A stretch of 64,000 bases of DNA from Tubulanus polymorphus. Lineage: Eukaryota > Animalia > Nemertea. Of this stretch, positions 48,332 to 58,905 are shown in pieces. The translations under genes were made by a program, and so were the position numbers. The stretch spans positions 5,878,275-5,942,274 of the forward strand of contig NC_134032.1 in NCBI RefSeq assembly GCF_964204645.1, written 5' to 3'. The notes beneath the pieces were generated by a model that worked only from the letters and a program-made list of their open reading frames with translations, was not told the origin of the DNA and searched no databases. Every line of letters starts with the position of its first letter. The first letter of the stretch is position 1.

Positions 48332-48650
48332 ACTCAACTAGCTTGTTAATCTAGTATATTTTAGTTACAATCTAGTTGAATTCTAGTTATTGGTAGTTGG
48401 AACAAAAATCAACTAGATTTAACAAGAAATAAATAAAAACAACAATATTTCAACTAGCTTGTTAATCTAGTTTAATTCTAGTTACATTCTAGTTAAATTC
48501 TAGTTGAATTCTAGTTGTAAGTAGTTGAAACAAAAATCAAATAAAATTCAACAATAAATAAATAAAAACTACAATATTTCAACTAGTTTGTTAATCTAGT
48601 TGAATTCTAGTTAAATTCTAGTTGAATTCTAGTTGCAACAACACAACTAA
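48332..48650. repeat. Intergenic CTAG-rich tandem repeat (about 120-bp period, about 2.6 units)
   Basis: TCAACTAG(C/T)TTGTTAATCTAG near 48334, 48450 and 48579, with nested 11-bp TTCTAGTT(G/A)AA units. Confidence 0.85.
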
Positions 48651-48666
48651 TTTGTTTGTTATATAA

Positions 48667-49257
48667 ATGGGAGGTGAAAAGAAAATAAAATCTAAAAATG
48701 GTGATGTTCTAATTGAAAAAACTTTAGATGATTTAGGAATGATAGAAACAAAATTAACTCCAGATGATGGTGCTTTAAATAATGTTACAACAAATATTAA
48801 TTATGAATATTATCTTTATTGCAAACATCAATTAGAAATATTAATAGCGTCTGGAAAATGTAAAAATTTTATCGGTAAAAATTTAACTTATAATGAATTA
48901 GACACAATGAAATCAGATGAAATTATTATATTATTTAAGATTAATGAAACCGCGAGAATAGCTAGAATTAATGATGCGATATCAGAAAATGTAGTAAAAG
49001 GTTATAGTAAATTATGTAATTATATGCTGCCAATTCAAGATGAAAATAGATTATATGCTGATTTAAAAAATGATTATTTAGTTATGACTGAATTGAATAA
49101 ATGGATTGGATATTTATCATTTCAATTAGGTGGATTTATGACATTATTATCAACTGGAGTTATAACATTTTCAAATATTGAAAGTAAAAGTGTTTCTATA
49201 ATAAATGAGCGAGGTGGAAGAAGTGAAGAAAAAACCGAGAAGTCCAAAACAAATTGA
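48667..49257 (+). CDS. Polinton hypothetical protein
   Basis: Intact 196 aa with TAAATG start; L..DLKND and a hydrophobic C-terminal segment. Confidence 0.7.
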   Translation: MGGEKKIKSKNGDVLIEKTLDDLGMIETKLTPDDGALNNVTTNINYEYYLYCKHQLEILIASGKCKNFIGKNLTYNELDTMKSDEIIILFKINETARIARINDAISENVVKGYSKLCNYMLPIQDENRLYADLKNDYLVMTELNKWIGYLSFQLGGFMTLLSTGVITFSNIESKSVSIINERGGRSEEKTEKSKTN

Positions 49258-49525
49258 ATGGTCTCAGCAATTAGGAATTAAATCACAAGAATATAAAAAA
49301 GCTGTAAAAGAAAAAATAAGTAATAAAAATGGTGAAAATATTGTTATTTCTTCTCCTTCTAATAATAGAATATTTGATAAATATCTATATTTTACGGCTG
49401 GATTTGTAATTGTATTCATTTTGATTGGGTGTAGTTGGTATAAGAAATCAAATAAAATTCATGATATTAATAATTCTGAAATAACTGCTATTAAAATGAA
49501 AATACTTCTGAAATTCAAAAATTGA
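49205..49525 (+). CDS. Small single-TM Polinton protein
   Basis: TAAATG start, basic N-terminus, TM YLYFTAGFVIVFILIGCSW. Confidence 0.65.
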   Translation: MSEVEEVKKKPRSPKQIEWSQQLGIKSQEYKKAVKEKISNKNGENIVISSPSNNRIFDKYLYFTAGFVIVFILIGCSWYKKSNKIHDINNSEITAIKMKILLKFKN

Positions 49526-49747
49526 TAATAAAAAAATGGATTAATATTTTAGAAAAAAAGCAAAAAAAATAATTTTTTTAATTAATTGAATTGTCCAGAT
49601 AAGTCATTTCGGATTCTAGATGTTCATTATTTTTATTATTTTATTTTCTATTTAATCAACAATTTCTAAATCATGATGACCGTCTTCATTTTTTCCATGA
49701 TAGATTATTTTAAATCATTCTAAATCTTTTAATTCCTCTGTACTCAA

Positions 49748-49978
49748 TTAAACCCATTTATCAGGTAAAAATACTTGAAATTCTCGCGTTGTACTAACAT
49801 TACAGTAGCTTAAATTTGCTGATACTTTCTCTCCATATTTAGTTTTTATCTTTTCTAATTTTAATATTTTGCGTTCAATTTCTTTTGTAACATCAGCTAA
49901 CTTTTTTATTTCAATTTGTTTTTTTGCTGGTTTTATTCTGTTATTTATTGTTGCTAAGAATGCTTTTCTATCTCCCAT
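49748..49978 (-). CDS. Basic hypothetical protein starting inside the right TIR
   Basis: Uses the TIR-encoded TAAATGGGAGATA start, mirroring the pPolB start. Confidence 0.55.
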   Translation of the reverse strand: MGDRKAFLATINNRIKPAKKQIEIKKLADVTKEIERKILKLEKIKTKYGEKVSANLSYCNVSTTREFQVFLPDKWV

Positions 49979-51606
49979 TTATTAGGAAAAAAAATTACTT
50001 GTGGTGATGAGTGGTGTCTCGACCTCTCGACCTCTGGTATGAAAACGCCATATTCCAATTACTTATGGAGACATATTGTACAACAGTGCAAGTAAAGCCT
50101 CCCTCGCAAAACTGGACCGAGTCCACTACTCAGCAGCTCTTTGCGTTTCCGGGTGTATCCGTGGCTCGAATTCTAGCAAAGTCCTTTCTTGTCTCAACTG
50201 GAAAACACTCGGTACTCGTAGGAAAGAACGACTTCAAACATATATGTACCGAGTCTCATCAGGAAATATTCCCACTCACGCCTCTTCTATCTTTAATACA
50301 TACAAATCGGTTCGACCTCGCTTCATCAGAAATCCTCGACCCTTCACCATACCAGCCGGCACTAGTGCGAAAATTCGTTCGTCTCCCTCCTTTTTACTCA
50401 TGGACACCTGGAACAACACCGACAATAATCTTCGCTCGCTGACTACGCTTTCCCTATTCAAGTCTCGTATCAAACATAAAGTTTAGACTGCTGTTCCAAC
50501 CTACTTGATTAACGACATAAACCGAGATGAAGAAATTTCACTTAACCGATTACGCACCGACCTCCTTTTAAAATCTCAATTTTATGTTCACAACTTTATT
50601 AATGTCCGTAATCCAACATGCAACTTGTGTAAAAAAACCAGCTAACACTAAACACTTTATGCTTAAATGCCAGTCACCTGGTCACAAAACAAAAATCGAC
50701 GCTCTGTTTTCCTCATTCGACAATAAAATAACTGATCACATCTCAAATCTCACTGAAACCAATAAGATAAACTTCCTACTTAACGGCGAAATCTCCCTTT
50801 TCGACCTCCGTACTAACACTCAAATGCTAAAAAATGTTTAAAAATGTATTCTTAGTAACTACCAACAATTCCAACATTAGACACCTACACTTGTACAGTA
50901 CCTGCTCTGTTAGCCATTTCATATAAACCATCGTGTAACATTTCTAAATTTATGTCTGGTTTACGCCGAATTTGTAACTTGTAAATGTTTAACTTAACTT
51001 TTGACTTTTGCCTATAATTTACTTGTACCTTGGCACTGGAACTTATATTATAATGTATATTAATATTCGGAATAAACATCTTGATAACTCAAAAAAAAAG
51101 ATTTTGAATGGCGCAACCCGTCTACAATTGACACCTAAAGCGGTTTCTGCGTGTGAACATCTATTATTGCAAAACTGGTTACCTTGGAACCATTAATTTG
51201 CTATTCCACCAGCATAAACATAATTCCGACCATACACCCTGGCACCAGATGCTAGCGCAATCGTCATGGTTCGGATGTTCCGCGTGTATTGTGGCACTAT
51301 CCTTGGACTGCCCATTTAAAAAAAGTTGAACTTCGTATAATTCAGTTTTTCACTTATGCTACGGAAGCGATATTTTTTGGTGGCAATTTTTTGCTCATTA
51401 AAATAACTGCTGTACATCTTTCAGACGAGGCTACGTTGTTTTATATATATATATATAACGTTCCGCTACAATAGATTTCACTAAATTTATAATGGTCATT
51501 ATCTTAAACTATTAAAAGTTCTAAAGTATGAGTGCTTAAATCTTTTTTTCAATATTGTTTAAACTCATAGCGTTGACAGATTACCTGTTATTGCGCCTTT
51601 ATGGGT

Positions 51607-51723
51607 TGTTAACTTTTCGTAAAACGAAGATATTACAATATTTTTGAAACGATTTTCAATTAAGTTAACTTTTCGTAAAACGAATAGATATTACAATATT
51701 TTTGAAACGATTTTCAATTAAGT
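51607..51723. repeat. Tandem duplication of about 58 bp
   Basis: GTTAACTTTTCGTAAAACGAA..GAAACGATTTTCAATTAAG twice. Confidence 0.9.
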
Positions 51724-52539
51724 TTCAAGTGACGTTTTTTAACCTCCGATGACTGTTTGTTGTGGCTGTTCTGGTTTTAGGAGGGATCCAGTGATGTGAA
51801 CTTTATTGCTAGAATTATTGGACAGAGTATCAAGCATTCAAAAAACGAATAATTAGCCAGAAGGTTCTGGCAGGAGCCCTGATAAAAAGAATTTGGAACT
51901 TTTGTTTGCTGTCTAGCTCTGTGCCCGTATACAAGGATTTCTACAAGTCGTCTATTGCTAGTAAAAATAGGGTCTCTTTTTAAGTCACCCCGGTCTTATA
52001 CCGATAACAACATTTGGTTACTGTACTTTAACAATGCAAAAAAGAATTTTTCCAAGAATGATGTCACCTAGTTATACATATGCCAATGAAAACCATTATA
52101 ATCGAAGGCCTATGGGCCTCTTATTGAGAAATCAATTAAATCTGAGAAGAAATCAGGGCTCCGTAAGATGATATTAGATAAGGATGAACTGTAACTTAAT
52201 TCTTCTGACTGATACAAATGAACATGCATCCAATTTGCGTCACTGAAGGTCAGTCGCATCATAGTGATTTATGTGGTGCACATATTGGTCCTACGTTTAC
52301 AGAATTGGACATTTCAACCGATATTGGCCTTCAAGCGAATGAAATTTGATATGATCAAATCCGGTGCCTAAAACCGTATACAGAATGCTTGACAATTGGC
52401 ATGATTTCTCAAAACTTTTAGAAAGGGGAAGGAGAAGTGGGCAAACGCTTTTCCCACATTTTGTTTCAAACCCACATCTGTAGATGAACGATAAGTTCAG
52501 GTTCGGTGGATACCCCAGGGCCCGGTTTCACGAACATAT

Positions 52540-52750
52540 TCTACATGGTGAAATTCGATTAGTGCCGAGGAAAGCCTGCACTGTTATTACAGCATGTGCA
52601 ATTCTTCATAACATTGCTATAACGATGGGAGAACTCGACTTAGATGTGGGTTTTAATGTTGACGACGAAGTTGGTGAAAATGATGTAGTTGATGCCGCAA
52701 ACGCACGACAGACGGTCGGAGAATTTATCGTCAGCGAATACTTCGACTGA
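52540..52750 (+). pseudogene. Harbinger transposase C-terminal fragment
   Basis: LHGEIRL.P.KAC.VI.AC.ILHNIA. Confidence 0.8.
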
Positions 52751-52874
52751 GAGAAATGAAAAGCAGCAGAATTTCTTGCAATAAATGACTAAAAACTATT
52801 TAAATATATTTAAACATATGAATTAAATCTTCAAAAAATATTTCAAAACGTTAAAGTTTATAAGTTAATTTAAT

Positions 52875-53901
52875 TAATAAAATTCCTGTTTGCTCTTCCT
52901 GAATTACAATTTCCACCCCGGTTTCTTTCTGCAATTTAGCGATCTCTAGCTGCAACTTTACGTTTTCGAGGGTCAACTTCTGACACGCTAACTTGATTTT
53001 CTTGTTATCTTCGATTAGATTCAACCATTGCTGATGATTAATGTCAGCTGCAGTTATACGTTTGGTGTTGTTGACTGCTGTAGTGCTAGTGGTTGTAGGA
53101 GTGGAACTTGGTACCGGTTAGACTGCTTTCAGCGGATGATTTTGGTGACCGTCAGTCTCTTCGGTCTCATTCTAATCAAACCCTAAAAATTGTAAATTAC
53201 AGCACCGGTGTTAAAGTGCATAGAATAAATTAATAAATATACGTAATCAGTGGGATTCGAACATTAAATTGCCGAGCAATAACGCCTACGATTAAGTGTT
53301 AAGCAAGCTCAGGCACACGCTCTCTGAAGAATTGGACTGGCCCAACGCTCAATCTGAACTAGTTTACCGCAGAATTTCGGAATGAATATATGGATACTGA
53401 AGGATGATATACTACCTAAATTATTACAAAATAAATAAAGTTCCAAGGTCGGAGATATGAATTGAAGCTATTGTCTTAACGTGTTAACCTACCTTTACTT
53501 TCGATTTGGTTGACAGCTGATATCCCATCCCAATTTGGCGCTCCAACAAAAAATTCGACTATCGCCGAAGTTGCCTCGTCCAACGATTTTGGAGGTGGCC
53601 CACCACCGGTTTTTGCGGCTACGTTTTTCATGGTCATCTTCTCTTGTTTCGCCTTTTTTTGACAGTTCTTCCAACAAATTTTTATTTCAAGGCCACTCCT
53701 CGTGGCGACTCCTAAACTAGAGACGGATCTTGCAATTTCGCTCCATTTCTTTTGTTTACTTACGTTCGTAATTCTTTTCGCGTAGTCAAAATGACCATAC
53801 AGCACATCGTAATTGTTTTTGACTAGATCTACTATCATGTTCTTCTCCTCTCGAGTGAAATTTTGTTTACGCTTGAGATCCGCGCTCTCCATTTTTTGCA
53901 T
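52875..53901 (-). pseudogene. Harbinger Myb/SANT-like DNA-binding protein (two exons probable)
   Basis: RKQNFT.EE..I...V..N..VL.G, K..W..IA..V, R...EIK..W.N, KTGGGP. Coiled-coil second exon at about 52875-53183. Confidence 0.85.
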
Positions 53902-54433
53902 TGGTTGACGTCTATGACGTCATGCCAATGCTAGTAAAATGGATCGAAAATAGTAGTACGAAAAAATAGCGCCGACTCTTCTCATTTTCATAGTAACTTC
54001 AAATTATCACTCCGTTCACGTAAAACATTAGAAACAGCTGAAAATGACTAAAAAAATTGTTTCAATTATTCCCCACAACATAGCGTCGCCAGATTTCTGA
54101 TTAAATGGTCCAAAAAGGTATTCGATCGCATTTTTCTCGTTCATTATCTGGTAGATGTGAGCGGGTTAAACAATCGCGTAGCGATATGTCCGCATTGACA
54201 TTGGCAGTAAAGAATGGGGAACAGCGTCTTCTGAATAGAAAAACCTAAAATTATGTACCTCCGGTTTATAAATATCACAGTGTTTGGATATCACTGTTAT
54301 TCCAACTATCAGTATCCATGGGATTAGTTGGGATTAATTCTCAGCGTCAGAATACGTATTTCTAGAGCAGTGGAACGACAGCCTACTCGTGACTGAAACC
54401 CGTATGTGATCGTGCGGGAACGCCTTTACTTAA

Positions 54434-55184
54434 AGGCCGACTCAAATGGAGGTCCAAAAACCCACCGGTTGGTACTTGAGATTTGCAGTGCAGGCCACAT
54501 CCCACTAGCAACTAGCAAGCGGTAGTTTGTTTATAGTGTTTACTGGAACACATCTGGCTCACACCAGTATCACACAGTATCACAGTGACACATAAAAAAA
54601 AAACTTTTTTCGTATACGTTTGATATCATTGCTCTGATTTTGTAGATGTTTTTTATAAGAATTCCTCCAGTAATAATGGAGTTGAACATAAAATCTGTAT
54701 TTTCAATTTATTCAATTTTTGTCCAATTTTGATGAAATTTTCACACATTGTTACTCATGAGGAGTTAAGATGATATATAAATTTTCAGTTTGATACAACT
54801 TTCAGGTCAAAAGTTTTCTAACCCCCAAAATTACGCACTAGAGAGCTGCAACTGTTTTGTTTATATAGGTTTATGACTACAGGTCACTGTGCTCTCTGTG
54901 GTGAGGTGAATAACTCCTCCCAGCTTGTCATTCAAAGATTACAAAATTTGAAGAACGCACTGAGTAAATTGCTAATTTATGCATGAAGGAGGGCTTAAAC
55001 TAAATTTTAAGCCATAGATATGACTATATTACATGTATACACATATCCCTGACAAAAAGGAGGGTCCAAATCGGTTAACTGACAGAGATATTACGGAAAT
55101 TCCAGTTTCAACGGCGGAGCTCTTGGGTTCACAGATACTGCCATGTCTGACAGATGATGAGCCTTTTATACTCGAAGTCGGCCT
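54434..55184. mobile_element. Kolobok-like non-autonomous element
   Basis: TTAA|AGGCCGACT..AGTCGGCCT|TTAA: TTAA TSD, purine termini, short TIR. Confidence 0.65.
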
Positions 55185-55669
55185 TTAAGTTAAAACCATT
55201 TCATGATGACACGAAACATCGAACGGTAAACGGTAGGCTACCACCATGATACGATATCACCAATAAAGATGGATCATTTTATTCAATTTTACCAGAGTTG
55301 TTTATTGGAGGAAAAATATTATTGTTAAGTACGCCGAAAACAACCATGTTGTATTATCGATTGTAAAATTAGATTCGGCTATATTCTAATATAAGTTTTC
55401 TTTTTAGGACGCCCTACCCGCCTGCTGCGCACTCATAAGGTGGTAGCACCCTCTTTCGCTTTGTAATGCGCGCCGGGAAAAATACCTTTTATTATCATTT
55501 CCATGTGTTAAACATCAGTGATTGAATTTACGCGTTCTTTGTCGTAAATTGCAATATTGCGATGGTTATTTGCCGCAGCTGTAGTTTTTTGGAATTGAAT
55601 CGAGCGGCCTCGGTAGCTCAGTGAGATAAGGCGTGATGCTGTTGAATCCACTATCATTGCTGAGTGACA

Positions 55670-56700
55670 GATATTAGATCTAAGTTTTCGGCTTAGCAGT
55701 TTCAGTGGATTTAGGAGTTTTTGAGTTTTAGTAACCAGATGTACGATGTGTTCATGAAAATTAAGGTTTTGATCAAGAATAAGGCCTAGGTGTTTGTGGG
55801 ATTGTTTTGTAGGGATTATTTCCCCGTCGAAGATGAGATTTGCGTAGTTTGCAGTATTACGTTTCGTAAAGTTGATATTGCAACAGTTGACGGTTTGAAT
55901 TGGAGCCGCCAGATTTTGGCCCAAGATTCAATCTTATTAAGTTCAGTTTGTAGGATTAAACTATTCATATTTGGGTTTTGAGGATTGACTGGCATATAGA
56001 TAGACGTATCGAAATAAAGGTACTGTTAAAACTGTCTGGTAAGTCATTTATATATAAAAGGAATAACAGGGGCCCTAAGATAGATCCCTGGGGTACAGAG
56101 GTATTAACGTATCCGATGGGGGTAAGTTCAGAGAAGATTCCATTCACTTTCACTTGGATTCGGCAATTAGATAGGTAGGAGGAGATAAGATCATGTATTT
56201 TGCCGTCAAATCCATATGCTTTTAGCTTGTTAATAATTTATGAGGTAGTGTATCAAAGGCAGCTGATATGTCAAGAAAAGCCGCCCGAACATCAAGTCCC
56301 TGTTCTAATTTGGAATTAATAAAGGCCGAAATAGATAGTAGTTGGTCAGTAGTACTATGACCAGGAAGAAAACCTGACTGGTTTGAGAAAATTAAATTAT
56401 TATTTATAACATGATTGTATATATTTTGATAAATCAATCTTTCAAACAGTTTTGAAATGGTGCAGAGAAGAGAAATTGGTCGATAATTGTTAGGGTCATC
56501 ACGAGCGTCCTTTGTATGGATTTTACTGAAACTTGAGCGATTTTCCATATATCGGGAAAATTACTGCGATCGGCTAAAGTATTAAAGAGACGTGCTAGCA
56601 CTGGTGAAATGGCATTAGCAGACAATTTCAACATACTATTAGTTATTCTGTCATGACCGCGCGATTTGTTGACATCAAGTTCTAGCCAAGTTATAACCAC
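55670..56700 (-). pseudogene. CR1/L2-type LINE RT fragment, related to the LINE at 35-51 kb
   Basis: NYRPISLL..SKLFE, NQSGF, AFLDISAAFD, VPQGSILGPLLFLLYINDL, HKHLGL.LD. Confidence 0.9.
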
Positions 56701-58755
56701 TTAATACCACAGTATAATCTACCAATGATTCAAGGCCCACGGGCCTCTTGTGCGACAATGTATTACGAGGAATGATACCTTATGGGTAGCTAATTCTGAA
56801 TTAACTTCGGAGATAATTCGAATAAGTTAATTTTTCGCTAATTCGCGTTTGTGAAACAGATTTAATCATCGAATTAACTTATTCGAATTAAGCATTTTTG
56901 ATTCGAATTATTACATATTTCGAATCAAAAGTTAATTCCCGTTCGTGAAACCGGGCCCTGATATCGGTCTCAACGACTGTCAGACCACATCACTGCATAG
57001 TCGATATAAGCTACCGATCGGCACGGAGGTCAACTTACTACCGTTCAGGAGTTCTCAACATCAACCGATGAGGACCTTGCACCACCAACCATCCCGCTAG
57101 ATGGCGTGCGTATCAATAGGGCAACTCTATCAAAATTTAGTTCATTTCCAACCTTCAGCTAGATTTTTTAACCTCCAACAAAATAAGAAACATTGGTCGT
57201 ATCGTTGTTTGAGATTAAAAAGAAAAAAATTTTTGTTTAAGATGAATAGAAGATCCAGCATTAAGTCGAGAAAAAAGACGAAAACTTCTGTAGAACGTGA
57301 ATAATGAAGAAGGTCTTCTTTGCTTAACGTCATTCAGATCTTGGTTTCCCAATTAGAAAAATCCTATTTGTTTGTTCACAGCCATTGAAGTGTTGCCCGC
57401 ACCCTGTTAGCAGCCATCAGGACTCGCTTTTCATTCATTCCCACGCCTAAACCTTTGGCTTGTTTATTTGCACATGGTATTTTGCAGCCATAAGAATTCA
57501 ACTTGCTTGTTGCTCAGCATTGATAGCGAATGCAACAGCATCACGCCTTACCGCGCTGAGTTCTTGGTGACTTCTTACTGCCTTGCAGCTGTATTGAAAT
57601 TTGAAAATAACCAATGACCAAAAAGACTAGCATGCACACATTTTGTATCAACGGTCGTTGGTGATACCTTAAATATTTGATATGACATGCCTTAAACCGT
57701 TCCTTGGTTGAAGTAGTTTCTTTGGAGCTTCCGCGTCAACCATACCGTAATGGGCATCGCGTGCGTACGTGCTGTTGCGTGCTGTAAATTGCTACTTTCA
57801 TCCGCCGTACAATTAATAAACCACAATTAGTGGGCTACTGCCGTCTTGAACCGTAAAAGACATTTTTACAGATCACTTTTTGTCAGTTAAATTCATCGTC
57901 AATTGATATACCCGTGATCTGAAGAAAAAAAGGCTTAACGAATTCTGGAATTATCATTACGAAAAAAAGATCGCTTTTTAGAATCTATGGTAATGTCTAA
58001 TGGATGACTTTTGTTTTTTTCAGCGAAGTTTCGCTTAATTTTATGAGTAAATGTATAGGCAAACGGTCTTTATAGTAAGACTCCAAAAATTGGGAATGCA
58101 CGGGCTTGATCATCAATATATTACATATACCAGTTTGGTACCGATTCGAAGAATTGAAAGAATCTCAAGAAAATGGACCCATTTTGTGAAATTTCGTGAA
58201 TTTTACCATTTTCGCAGGTCTCTTTTCACAACTTGGACATGAAAAAGATTTCACCCTCGCTATTGTGGAATCTCTGTAATGTGATTGAAAGCATTTTTAT
58301 CATCTAGAATCGATAAAGTAGTGCAATCAAAAAGATCTAAGTTGTTTTCATTGTTCAGTTTACGGCATGAGAATACTGATATATTGGCTGGGAAATAAAA
58401 TTTGGGGATTTTTTACCTCGAGGGATTTTCTGGGAAGGATTTTTCCCTAGGTATTCTGTTAACCCATGGGATTTCTATCTAAATTCGTATCATATATATC
58501 CACCTTTTACTTCTTAGAATCAAATTGTCATAATACTGGTTTCATATACGCTGTCATGTTTTATTAGCATTGTCTCCGTACTAATCATTTTTGCAAATAT
58601 TATATAAAATCGAAGTATTTGAATAACAAACCTTTGTTTTGACAAACATCCGACATATCACGATATTGACCATGTATATTTGTTTTAAAATATGTCGACA
58701 TTACATTGTTGTAATCAGCATTTATACCATCAACGGATTCAGGACCCATTTCCAC

Positions 58756-58905
58756 AGTTATCGTGATCCAGCTCCACACAGTGGGATCCAGTTCAATAGT
58801 TGTGAGTTAAAATTTGACTCGACAGACTCATCAAAAATGAGCTAACTTAATCTTTAACACGGAAATTTGGAACTGGATCCCAATGGGAACTGGATCACGA
58901 ACTGA
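58756..58905. repeat. ~150-bp imperfect fold-back (MITE-like)
   Basis: TCGTGATCCAGCTCC..TGGGATCCAGTTC versus GAACTGGATCCCA..GGAACTGGATCACGA. Confidence 0.65.

Larger units (their letters stand above)
36659..50063. mobile_element. Polinton/Maverick (adintovirus-like) endogenous viral element, 13.4 kb, decayed
   Basis: ~95-bp TIRs AGTAATTGG../..CCAATTACT. 6-bp TSD TATGGA at 36653-36658 and 50064-50069. Carries pPolB, rve integrase, ATPase and capsid remnants. Sharp AT-rich compositional shift. Confidence 0.97.
35073..51096 (+). mobile_element. 5'-truncated CR1/L2-type LINE split by the Polinton
   Basis: APE end (QMINEPTR), QPW, NY.PITLL..LSKVFE, NQSGF, VFLDISAAFD. PHFDYG|DILY rejoins across the Polinton. 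AATAAA and poly(A) at 51071-51099. 13-bp TSD AAAGATTTTGAAT at 35060-35072 and 51097-51109. Confidence 0.9.
52519..56957. mobile_element. PIF/Harbinger DNA transposon, internally deleted, with nested insertions
   Basis: TIR GGCCCGGTTTCACGAAC / GTTCGTGAAACCGGGCC flanked by CAG and CTG (CWG target). Convergent transposase C-terminus and Myb/SANT gene. TAATTCGAAT subterminal repeats at 56790-56940. Confidence 0.87.
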
